DNA of 64,000 nt. Origin: Bigelowiella natans CCMP2755. Lineage: Eukaryota; Protista; Cercozoa. The notes under the pieces are model-generated. The model was not told the DNA's origin, did not search any database, and saw only the letters and a program-made list of their open reading frames with translations. The translations under genes and the position numbers were made by a program. Location of the stretch: the NCBI GenBank assembly GCA_000320545.1, contig ADNK01001953.1, forward strand, positions 62,001 through 126,000, read 5' to 3'. Shown piece after piece: positions 11,894-24,153 of the stretch. Every line of letters starts with the position of its first letter. Within the stretch, counting starts at the first letter, position 1.

Positions 11894-14628
11894 GCCACGT
11901 GTCAAGGATTTCAATCTAACAGAAGACTTAAAAGATGAAGAATAAGAAAGAAGATTTAGTGAAAGAGCCTTTTAATGATGAGATCTCCAGAGGCCCTGCT
12001 TTTGGATTATTTCCTTCCGTAATCGATGTTCGCCCATAAAGCAATCGTTGTTTGTTTGAATGTTTGCTGGTGCTGTTGCTTGCTTTTCAGGGGGTTGGCA
12101 TTGCTATGATGATGGCAGCAGCAATAGTGCCATCATTACCACCACTACCACCACTACCACCACCAGCATCGATCGATATCATTCAGATCATGAAGACTGC
12201 CTTCTCAGCGTGTATGTTGAAGAAGAAGAAGAAGAAGAAGAAGAAGAAGAAGAAGAAACGAACCAAAATGAGAAGCATCTAAGATACGACCGTGACAAGA
12301 TCCTCAAGTCATTTCCAGCCCAAGACCACCTACATTTTAGCGAATTCGATTGCCCCCAAACCAAGAGAACTACTGGTGGCAATGTTGATGACGGTGTATC
12401 TTTATCTTCTTCTACCACTTCTCCTTCTATTGCGTCTTCTTCTTCTTCTTCTTCCATAGAGATCAATACAAGCCTGCACACACTTTGTAGCAGTAGCGGT
12501 TCGAAAGAAGGGGGAGAGGATGTGTGTTTCCAACTGTTGGTCTGTGAGGTTGATAGTAAGGAAAAAAGAGGAAGTGCCAACAACAAGAAGAAGAACAATA
12601 CCAACAATGAGAAGGGAAAAAAGAGAAATAAGGGCTTGCCATTAGATAAAAAGAAAGTGCCAAACAGTAGTGTGGAAGATGATGATCGTAGGGATGGTGA
12701 AGAAGAACATTTGGACATGTTGTCTTCTTCTTCTACTCCTACTACTGCTGCTGCTACTTCTACCACCCATTATGGTACATTGTTGGCGCATAGTGCTATC
12801 ATCGCTGCAGGATGGCCGGAATTCAAAAAGTATTTCCTTAAAATTAAAGAAACAAGTCAAGCTCATTCTACCCCCACCAAACATAACGACGACTACTCGA
12901 AGAAGAGCAACACGAATGCCGCTAAGGAAAAGGGGGGTCAATCACCATTCCATTCATTGAGGAAAACGGCAAGAGGGAAGGGGTCGTTCTCATCATTACC
13001 ATCATCATCCTCATCATCATCATCATCATCTTCTCAATCGATAATGGTGATCCACATAGTCGGCTGCGAGTATGAGCTGAAAGCTTTCTCTATGTTTGTG
13101 AGGATGCTGTATGCGCCACAACGAGAAATTGCGTTGATAATGCGGCAGCAGCGACTAGAACGGAAGAAGCAAGACTTGGATAACGGACAACAACATCCCG
13201 GAGAAAGAGTGTTGGAGGAACATCTACCAGAATCTAGAAAGGAGCTGCTGTCGCTACTGCTGCTGCTGCGAAGTTCCTACCTTCATTTCACCCAAAACTA
13301 CTTTGCAAGCTACATGGAGAAGGTGAGGCAAAAGGTAGTAGGAGGTGCTGGCGAAGGAGGAGGAAGAAGAAAAGGCACAAAAAGTACAAACAGCATCACA
13401 ATCACAGGAAAAGGGGTGTCGCGTGCAATAGAGCGGATATTGGCAAGCAGCGAATATTTCATAAATGCAGTTACAGTTGTTATTGCATTACAGGTGATGG
13501 TACTAGCAGAATTGCTTATTATGATAGAAATAGTAGTGATGAACATGCCCAGCATGAATAGCGGTGATCATTATGGTATTCACTTCAAACAGTAACTCCC
13601 TCCTGTGAGCGACATGTCAAATAATACAGCAAACCTAGATATTAGAAAGGAGATGGTGCCATCATCTAACCCGTCTTCTCTTCTCCTTCTCGGTTCTCAT
13701 TGGCATGATAATCACCACTATCTTATTACTTCTTCTTCTTCTTCTTCTTCCTCTTCTCGTACACCTCACTTCCAGGTGATCAGAGCAAAAGAGTGTCCAT
13801 ATCTGTACCGAGCATGTACAAGCTTCGTTGTGCAGCATTTAGACGAAATCGCTACGGTTCTTTCCCCCTCCCCAAAGATGCAGATTGCAATGATGGAGAA
13901 GCACCGAACAACGGCTAGCACGCCTGTTACAAACAATGAGAGCCAGGCTGGAAATGAGCACATACGACAGTCAGTCATTAAAAGAAGTGAAACAAAAGAT
14001 GGGTGCGAGGGCGACATGATCGATGCTCTAGCTGCTACTTCTGCACGAAATACTGCGACGAATAAAGCAGCAGCAAGACTCAAATCGTTGGTATTACTAC
14101 CACCGCAACCAGTACCATGAGGCAGTCGATGATCGTTGTTATTGCCCTTTCTTTACTTGCATATACGTTTATTTGTCGCATTTTTGTCGTTTAAAATGAG
14201 TGGACGCACACGTAACAAATTCAAACATTTTACGGGGATGATGGATGCATAATGACAATGATAACGATGATGATGATGATTACTATAAATACTTCTTCCT
14301 TGCTCAAAATCAGGACGATGATGATGAGAATAAAGCAATGGCACCGCTGCGTTGTCGGCCTACAAGCGATGATATTATCAAGGCGTCCAAGATAAAATAT
14401 GTAGAGACGAAGAGGGAGAAAATGTCAAATAAATGTGAAGATCCGCACCTTACCATTCGTATCTATAGTCCGCCAATAAGAAAACTGCAAACGATAATAT
14501 CTGACTCTTCATCTTCGTCTCTGAATCCTGCTTCTTCCCGCCCTTCGTTCTCTCGTTATGGAACAACAATGTCAAAGCTGCTGGTCTCGACTCTGGATGC
14601 CTTTCCCTGCATGCACAACGAACAGTGA
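6412..14628 (+). CDS. Multi-exon UBZ-type zinc finger + ankyrin repeat + tandem BTB/POZ protein (ABTB/IBTK-like putative Cul3 adaptor)
   Basis: UBZ4/Rad18-like finger CPICGASMPPSKLRSHVNHCLD (~6901-6966). Ankyrin repeats GKTALHIAC, NTPLHCAA, GHTPLHTAC, GETAILLALEHGSLECAKILIE (9150-10020). BTB1: CDVWFRLKKN|RYVGAHRIVLAARSEYFRSLF, FSALLVYLYTG. BACK-like LLNIASFHNADKL. BTB2: AHSAIIAAGWPEF...FSMFVRMLY, then CPYLYRACTSFVVQHLDEI. The gene ends at 14120, or at 14628 if the phase-compatible intron ~14112-14313 is used. Confidence 0.85.
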
Positions 14629-15477
14629 CCTTGCATTTGCAATTCTGTTGGGCGGGCCACCATGGTGCAAGCTACATCCAAAAAGGGAAATTTAGAGTTA
14701 ATTGCTCATAGCTCATCATTGCATTGTGCAAGTAAGACCTTCTAAAGCTTGTTGTCGTGTAGTCATCGTAGCTGGGCGCAGCTATATCCATCATGGAACG
14801 TGCTTTCGCACCACCTCGATTTCTCTAGATCTAGCACAGATATTCCAACGCTTTAGGTTTGGAAATACGTGCACACATGCTTATTTGGCCTTTGATAGGC
14901 AAGCATGATCGCCACCATGTCTTAAGCACCAAAATATTCTATGCATGAGCAGTCGAATCTATTTAGCGCTCGCTGCTGGCAAGGCCATGGATGGATTACG
15001 CTAGACGCGCAGATAATTGGCTTGTGATTATACTTGCAAGCGTTAATAAGGATCATATCCTCATGACAAACATCACATCCACACAGCAACTATAGTAGCA
15101 GTAGGTCCAGAGCACATGTTGTAAAGTATTTGGTATGCAAGCATAAACACGTGACAAGAAGATACTAATTGCTGTTCTTTTGGACTCTACGTCAATGCAT
15201 ATCAATGGGGTACAGCAAATTAAACTAAATACGTCTTATTTCTCGATTTCTAATACTAGAAGCTCTTGCCAGTATAACATTAGAGGAGAGACATATTATT
15301 TTTTTCGTATGTTCTTCACTCTTCCTGCATATATCACAAATAGGATCAGGTTTATGATTGAAATATGATTCAGCTACCCTATCCATCCGAAATGATAGTG
15401 CGCGAAAACAGGGCACTAGGTAGATTCTCTTTACTTGTTGCCGGTATAGCAGCAGGAGCATCATCAATAAAGCGCAC

Positions 15478-15767
15478 CTTCAGAAGCATCAAATATCTTA
15501 TTTGCTGGGCGAAGGTTCTTCACTGTCTCTTCAGTCAGCGGCACGGTGGAGTCGTCCAGATCCTTCACAAGTACGAATCTAGACAAAATTAACAGCATTC
15601 ATGGCGGTGAAGGTGATGATTGATTATGGTAATGATTGAGAAGGTGTTGTGTACTGAGCGATGTGAAATGGATTCGGATGCAGAGTAAACAAAATGCTTA
15701 ACGAAATCACCACCTGGGAAGAAAAACTAAGGAATCCTTTCTTTAGTGATATCATATATTCACATAT

Positions 15768-15831
<64 letters not shown>

Positions 15832-16093
15832 TTTATGTGTGTGTGTATGTGATGAATGTGGCAATATATAAACCGAATATGAATAGAGACTGTGTTTTCT
15901 TCCGATGATGAAATAGTGTTTGTTGTATGAAATCGTCTTACAAGGATCCATCCCCCCCCCGACCGATGCGTAGATTGCCATCCACATATGTGGTGTCTAG
16001 GCTGGGGCCAATTCCTGCATATGAGCAGTCGATGTTGTTGTTAATTTTGTAAACTAGAGAATGATGATGATCGGCAACGTAGGTACTTTGTCA

Positions 16094-16129
<36 letters not shown>

Positions 16130-17459
16130 GACTACCATTTTCATCTTCGTCCTTCGATGCTCTATTTGGCTTTACGACACGACGGATAACTATCGATGTA
16201 AAGAGGGCGTTATCAAGATCACCATCTCCACCATTGCCATTGTTGATAAAACCGTATTTGTCTTAGTTGTCAGTCCTCGTCAGCATGATTATGACAAGGC
16301 ATGTAGTCTTTACGTGACTTTGATTCATCATTACATGGAATAGGAATGCCAAGGAACTTCGTCAGCGACAGGATCACTGCAAGAAAACGCACTTCAATCC
16401 TATCCTCGTCGTTGTTCAGCTTTGCAATGTAATTGACAGAATCTCTAAAGAGGAAGGACGGCGACCCATCAGTAATTTTGCCAATTGAATACTATTTCAA
16501 AGGATAATCTATCATCCCTTCTCATGATGATGGTGATGATACGATGTTGGTGAAAGGAGTGCTGTTTGTGGTCTCTTAGTAGATTATAGGCATTACTTTG
16601 GTGCTATGTCAAATTCTGACACTACACGTATGCTAGCTCTCAATCCTGCAGGGCCATTCAAGAACGCCTAATAGTTGGGCGTCGTTGTCAAATGTGTAGT
16701 AGTGGTAGTAGTAGCAGCAGCAGTGATATAGAGGTTGTATTGTTGATAATAGGACAATATTCTTCCCTCTTCCCTCCTCATCATCTATTGATTATTGAAT
16801 AATGCACACAACTCTCTCTACAGCTCTTGCTTCCTACAAGTCGCGATTGATCATCTTCCTTTCATTATTAGACACATAGGTTACATCACATCAGTAACAG
16901 TACGTGGTTCTCGAATGTTTTCCCAGTGATATTTATCCTGTAGCAGCAAACACAGAACTCCGTTTAATATGCAATGTAAGTAGCTATCAACAACAGGTGC
17001 TATCAGGTGCTGCGACCTTTGAAAGACAGCATCGGGTCGAAACCTAAGTAAAAGCACGTTGCAATGCAATTAGTGGGATTGTGGAATGAATAAAGGGGGA
17101 TTGACGATGATGGAAGAGAGCAAACGGGCGGCAAATAATGCCATCACGAGAGTGCACGATGACGACGAGCATCGAGACAACAACAGTGTAACAAGCTTCT
17201 ACCTTCCAGGTAATTTATAGAGCCTTGTTATCTCTGATGCATCCGAATATAGCAATCTCCATGGGCCATTTAGATCAAATACAGCTAATGCCAATCATAC
17301 CGTTGATAATCGTAGTTATGCTGCCGATGTTGATCACAATGACCCATGATCCCATTATGCACTACCTGATTTGTTCTTTAGAACTGGCGGTTGATAGCAT
17401 CGAAGGCTCTCGAGAAGTCTCACAGCAGATCGAATCTGGCCATCCAATACGTTTTCCCC

Positions 17460-17520
<61 letters not shown>

Positions 17521-18421
17521 CTTGTTAACGTATGTCTTTATGTATTTGCTTTTGTTATTTTATTTGCACTTGCACGCACCGTTTTCGAGCAAGGTCAAGT
17601 TAGTAAGTGGTGCGCGTGGTAGGATTTCTGTGCGCTCTCGGCCTTGTTGAATTAATTTTATCAGATGCCGCACCTGTAAAGAGAAAGGAAAAGAAGACAG
17701 GGGAGATAGTAAGCTGCATGTTGCGTAGTGTTTATTGTGGAAGAATGTGAGCGTTCAAATTGTTATCACAACGTTCTAATTCTATGGCTGATAAAAAGTG
17801 GCGTATTCTTTGTTGTTATAATGTACTCTTCCTTCAGCTGTCGAAGCAACCGATGCAATTTCCATCCGAGTACTCGTTATCGCCTCTGCATTCTTATTGG
17901 GAGGAGGAAGAGAAGGGAAGGGGCATCGATACAAATACTTATAATAATCCTAGACTAACTGTGACCTCTAATATCGTTTAGGAAAAAATCACTTTTGCAT
18001 GCGTACCTGATGTAATATAATGTCGGGGGCTTTGAAGTTACTTCTTCTTCCCCTCTCCGCTATTCCTCGTCTCCTAGTATGCATAGAATTCAGAGAAGGG
18101 CTGCTTTGTCACAAAGAATGATGTCGCTACGATAGTTCATTGAGCAGTGTTGATGTCTTAAGTAGTTGTAATGCACCTCTGCAGATAGGTTTTTGGCCTT
18201 CCCATCTCCGAAGCAAAGTTGACGTATTTCCGCTGGGGTTGTTGAACGATGCGTTATGTACTTGATCTAGAGCTATGAGTAAAGGCGGTGATGATAATGG
18301 TGATGATCACGATGATAACCTGGAGTGAACGGCTTCGACCGTAGGGATGTGCGCTGCTAAAGGTCAAGAAGGTCAAAAACAACGATAGCGAGGAGGAGGA
18401 GGGACATCGCCACGTCGCCAT
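15478..18421 (-). CDS. PAP/fibrillin (plastid lipid-associated protein) with N-terminal signal peptide; last exon unresolved
   Basis: Spliced exons: MATWRCPSSSSLSLFLTFLTFSSA (ATG 18421), QIRSAVRLLESL, DLNGPWRLLYSDASEITRLYKLP, GFRPDAVFQ|RINITGKTFENH, DRIEVRFLAVILSLTKFLGIP, LDTTYVDGNLRIGRGGDGSL|FVLVK. The WRLLY and TYxDxxLRIxRGxxGSLFV signatures are typical of fibrillins. Confidence 0.88.
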
Positions 18422-18845
18422 TTTTGTGCTTCCGGCCAGGAGCATTGGTTTTGTTGTAAGAAAGAATTATATTGGACAATTTTTACTCCAACAGATATCT
18501 AAAAGAGATACTATTTTGGGAAAAGATCATGCCTCATCTAGACATTCTTTTGAACTTAACATATCTGAAGTACCATGTGGGATTCTACTAATCAAAATCC
18601 TAAGAATAAAACTATTTCAACCACGGAATATAATTCACAAATGGTTTTCTTATCGATAAAACATCTAATAAATTAATGTCTGTCAAACGAATAGCCTTAA
18701 CCGACCGCCTTCTCCAACCATAGCGCCGTGTGCACGTTCACAGGCCTGTGTAATACGATTCCTTGTAGCCATTACTCGTTAGAGTGGTTTTCTCCCTCCC
18801 ATCGAATAGTTGAGAGAAGATAGTCGAGTCAACTTCGACAATGCA

Positions 18846-20544
18846 ATGGAGGACCCTCGCCCTTTCTTGGCTTTGACCCGCTCGGGATCCCACTCTTCCT
18901 GTCCGCACCGACGCAGTTCCAAGCTTAAAGTGATTGTCACCCTTCTCTTCTTCTTCTTTTGCTGCTGTTGCTGCTTAAACTGCGTCCGCTACCAGCCGCA
19001 GCACGGTGTTCCGCATTCCATTGGGCAACAATATGGGACAGTGCAGGGGAGGGGGCTGAATATCTTCAATGATGAACGTGCTTCTTCGGACATAACAGGA
19101 AGCAGTCGTCGAAGTGGGCTGAGGTGGAGAGGTGAGAGGATGCTTATTTGATGGTGGTTTGGGGCAAAAAGATGACAATCCATTCTCTGCCCTACTCCTG
19201 CTACAGCCGTATCAGGTGCAGCAATGATGGTTTCGATGTTCGGAAAGGGCCTTATCACCCATCGTCCAGCAAAGGCTGACACGGTATACACGATCAAACC
19301 CTTCCTCCTTTCATACCTAACCCATTGATTAATGCCATGGTGGTGACTCAGGAAATCTTATCTGGAGAAATGGTCTTTGAAGATGAAATTGATACTTTGG
19401 CAGTGGAACGATTGAGGCGCCTCTCTCTTGCCAAATCGGCGCGGAAGGTCGCATTGACAAAGCGCACATAGTTAATGAACATACATATGGTGTTTCTTGA
19501 ATCAACATCTGACATGAAAGCTGCTGCATGAATTTGATTATAGATGCAACAAGATGGAGCCTTTAGGTTCACGAACTCATCCGTTGATAAAGTCGTTAAC
19601 CAAACTTCCATGAGGACAATTGATGAGTGGAAGGATATCGGTAATCCTATCACAAAAAGAGGGGAGAGGGGGGGAAGGGGGGTAGCAGACTAATTTCCCC
19701 AAAATTCCGGCAATTCAACCTGATTTTTTTTTTTTTTTTTATTATTTTAATTATAATTCTTATTAACATCATTATTGGGTGAAAGGTACTAGTGATGCAG
19801 TACTTTAGCTTCCTACTTGCGTGTGTCTATATTGTTTGTTCGCACAGCGGAGAAGGCTAACAACCCAGAGGCAATGTATAACCTAGGCTTGTGCTACTAC
19901 TCAGGAGCCGGTATTTGAAATATGAATATGTAAGATTAATGAATATCTTAATAAATATTTTCTTTCAACTATTGAGTGCTCTCTAGCAGCGTGCTATCAC
20001 AGTGTTATTATTCTATCTAATGATGTTATCATCCCCATTGCTGATCTCAACAAACAACATCGTCATCATCACCGTTATCACCATCATCGTTGTCACGAAT
20101 AGGCGTGGCGAAGAACTACGAGACGGCTATTCACTGGTTTACCTTGGCAGCGGAGCAAGGATTTCCTGAGGCAAAACACAATCTTGCCGTATGCTACCAG
20201 TAATACCAACGATGAGAGATTGATAGTGATGCAGCAGCAATGTGCAAGAGGAGGATGGTGTAGTTAGTTACTGTACTGTGCGTATTTTTGTTGGTTGTTT
20301 CACTGCTCCCAAAAGCACCTACGTGATGCCTACCCTCATTGCGCACTCTTCATTGTGTGAGTGCAAGTGCTATCTGTTTGTTCCTCCTCCTCCTCCTCCT
20401 CCTCCTCCTCCTCCTCCTCTCAGATTAGGGAGAGGTGTGATTCGGGACCAGGCGACTGCTAAAGAGTACTATTTGGAAGCTGCGACAGCAAACGTGTCGC
20501 AAGCTATGAACAATCTGGGGATTATGTACAAGAAAGGGGTAGTT

Positions 20545-20575
<31 letters not shown>

Positions 20576-21832
20576 CAGTAGTAGCAGTAGTGTAGGATGA
20601 TGGTTACTTATATCATTATTATCATTTATGTTGTTGTTGTTCTTATGCTTTCTTTGGAACTTGCAGTAGTGGTGGTAGTGCTTTAAACTGAAAATCTCTT
20701 CCTCTCCTCCCCCTCCTTCTCCTCCTCCTAATCCTCCTGGTCTTCAAACCCATCATATTGATACCTAGATTGGGGGCGATCAGAACTATACAGCAGCTTT
20801 TGAATGGTTTTTACGGGCTTCGAACAAGGGCGATTCCGATGCAATGTGTGTGAATCTGAACAACACAAGCAACACACCGCAACCGACTACGACAATAACA
20901 ACGAGGCCATTTTAAATAACGGCTATCATCACAATATTCCGTTTGAATTCTTTATGCAAAATGCTGTCCTCTCTGTCCCCTTCCTTGTCGCTGTGTTTTG
21001 CCGAAGGTATAATGTAGCTACCGCGTATTACTCGGGTAACGGAACGAAGAAGAACGTCAAGGAGGCCATGTTATGGCTTGAAGCTTGTGCTTTGGAGCAC
21101 GGCAGATCAAAGCCTAAAGCGGCATTCATGTTAGGCAATATGTATGCGACAGGCGAGGTGAGAGTGGTAAAGAATGGGGTGAAGAGAGGGAAGGAAGAGG
21201 AGAATAAAAGAACAGGAATCTGTGTAGCTGAAAGTAATACAATATACCTAATGATTAATATTTGTTGGTTCTTATATTGTCTTTGGTTGCTTGAAAAGGT
21301 TTCGAAAGGCGGATCTAGAAAAGAGGATATCAAGGAGTCTTTGCATTGGTTGATTCTTATGCTTTTTACCAACTAGCAGCAAATAGTATTGATGTCGTTG
21401 ATGACATCGATGTGTGATACGTTAATGAAAGTAAAGTGTTTTCGGGAGGAGTAAGGAGGGATATGAAAGATGATGATTATGGTCATTACTAGGTATCGTG
21501 CGTCTGCAGACGAAGGCTATGGACCCTCAGCGCTACAAGTCGGAAAGCTGCTCGCAAGTGAGGAGGAGGAGAGGGTTGCCATGATGCTAAAGAACAACAA
21601 TGTGGAATCATCACCCTCCAATCACTATCAGTATCATAGTAAAAAGAATTTGGAGGTATTGCAGCAGGCGAAGAAGTACCTAAAAATAGCTGCAGAGAAA
21701 GGTTTGGCTGAGGCGTGGACGATTCTTGGATTTTTCCACTACCGTGGAACAGTTACCAATGTTACCAATCCTAAGGAGGCATTTCAGTGCTTTAAAATGG
21801 CGGCAAAGTAATAGTCATTTACTTATACATTC

Positions 21833-21876
<44 letters not shown>

Positions 21877-22539
21877 GTTGATTAGACGTAGATGGTGGTG
21901 GGATCATCCCTACCCATCATGAAAAAAAGAACAACAACAACGACAATAACAATAACAATCCCTCCTCTGTTCAGCATAATGTGGATCTCCGAGCGTCACA
22001 TCGTCGCCATTATTTTCAATCAATTAATCAATCAATCAGTCGTCCTCTAAATACCAGGCTAGGTGATAGTAAAGGATGGGCAATGGCTGCTACGTGTTAT
22101 GAGAACGGTGAAGGCACTGACCAAGATTATGACGCAGCTATCGAATGGCATGAAAAGGCGGCAAGAGTAAGAACAACACGCGTAGTGGCGTTGTGCGGTG
22201 GAGAACAATAACATTCAATGAAGATTGACTCATCATCGATGAGGCTACTGATAAGAGAGGGGCAAGATTCAGATGATAATAATGAAGAAGAAGATAGTGC
22301 TGATTATTTATTATTATGCGACTTTGATCGTTGTCATATAATATTAGGCTGGATGGGCGATATCGATGAATGCTTTAGGGTATTTGTGGTTGTAGTAATA
22401 GTGGTAGTGGTGGTAGTGGTGGTGGTAGTAGTAGAAGAAGAAGAAGAGGAGGAGGAGGAGGAGGAGGAGGAGGAGGAGGGGAAACAGGAGGAGAAGGGAT
22501 AAGTGGAGACTTGTTGCTTAGACTAGACAATTTGTAAGC

Positions 22540-22622
<83 letters not shown>

Positions 22623-23364
22623 CAGGAGCATATATTTCCATGGTAAAAATGGAGATCAAGACCACGAAGAAGCTCTTAATGTCAGAACTTACTTGCACAC
22701 CTATTCAGACCTATAATTGTCAAATCACACGAGGATGACAATAATGGAAAATGGATAATGAGGATGATGATGAATATGCACAACAAGCTGTGTTTGTTCA
22801 TCCTGCGCTATATTCGCATCAATCTGTAAAAGAATCTTGACCCTTCATCTTGTTATAGTGGTACGAGAGAGCGGCGAACCATGGTGACGCAGACGCCCAG
22901 TAAGAGCAACTTCTACGAGCTTTGCTATGATTATTGAGACAAACCCACATTTTTAGTATCATTGTCTTATTCCCACCCATAACATTAAGATCCCTTGCGG
23001 CGACACGTGTTCTCGCCATTTTTGTAGGGTGCAAGTAGCGCTAATGAAGATGTACGGACAAGGGTGTGAAAGCAATCTGATCGAAGCAAGGGAATGGCTC
23101 ATGAAGGTTATAGAAAGAGCTGTTAGAAGTTGTATTTTAGGCGGTAAATAAAGCAGTGATAGTGCTGCGAAAAATTGCTGGTATGGCTGTTATGGCTGTT
23201 ATGGCTGTTGTTGTTGTGGGGAGCAAACTATTATTTGGGATAATGGGGAACAATTAAAACATGTATTAAGTCCAACCATACCTTATCTCTCTCTAATTTA
23301 GGCCCGAAATCAGGGGAGCGACTCAGCTGTGAAAATTCTGCGTAGTGTGTTCAAAACGGAGTGA
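18846..23364 (+). CDS. Multi-exon SEL1-like repeat protein (about 8-9 repeats)
   Basis: Exons give PEAMYNLGLCYYSGAGVAKNYETAIHWFTLAAEQG, AMNNLGIMYKKG, DQNYTAAFEWFLRASNKGDSDAM, AAFMLGNMYATGE, CYENGEGTDQDYDAAIEWHEKAA, WYERAANHGDADAQ. Final exon ARNQGSDSAVKILRSVFKTE-TGA ends at 23364. Start at 18846 (MEDPRP) is tentative. Confidence 0.9.
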
Positions 23365-23432
23365 TTTATGCTGGTAGCTTACTCAGACTCTATATCATTA
23401 GCATATTGATGTCGAATTCTTTATTAATATTG

Positions 23433-23536
23433 CATACTGAAGTAATATAAGATTCGTGAACTTCTCGAGAGTGCTTGCTTGAACCATACTGAAGTAATAT
23501 AAGATTCGTGAACTTCTCGAGAGTGCTTGCTTGAAC
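23433..23536. repeat. Perfect 52-bp tandem duplication
   Basis: catactgaagtaatataagattcgtgaacttctcgagagtgcttgcttgaac at 23433-23484 and 23485-23536. Confidence 0.95.
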
Positions 23537-24153
23537 CAGCATCTTCGCTGTACTGCGGCACATAGCAATTGATTAAACACATATACCATGTGGAGCTTCT
23601 AGCGTAATGATCGGAACCTAAGGAATCAGGCCAAATCTAAGGAATCAGGCCGATATGTATATGCGATGGGTCATGCCCTTCATCAGCCACACGTGAGCAG
23701 CGCAATGTGATTCACGTCTACCAGCTAGATGCACGTATTTCATCTCTGCGCCTGAGTAGCATTGGCTACTTACCGTATGTCCACAACGTCATTTAGATGT
23801 GAATATTAGGTCACACGAAAAGTTGTTGCTCGAAATGCGTACGCGCAGCTAGCACGGGCCAAAAACTACATACATGGATCAAATACCGCTGCATTTGCAT
23901 GAATGTGTTCATGTGCAAAGCACACAACGTAGCTGCATTAAATATTTACATTTAATTGTAGCCACTTTGCTTGGAGCACATGCATAGTCTCATCATGACT
24001 AGAAATGTTTCTCGGAATCGGAGCATTTGCTGATCACATGAAATAACGCAATCTTCCGTTCAGAGCGAAGGATGCACGTCGATTTTATCAGTCTCTTAGA
24101 GTTACATGAGGGCGAAAAGTAGGATCCGCGATTGAGAACATACAGAGCATTGT

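Noticed and set aside
16000-17210. Plus-strand exons continuing the ankyrin/BTB gene
   Set aside because: The minus strand gives coherent fibrillin motifs across the same interval.
23433-23536. CRISPR-like repeat
   Set aside because: Two adjacent copies, no spacers, no cas genes, eukaryotic context.
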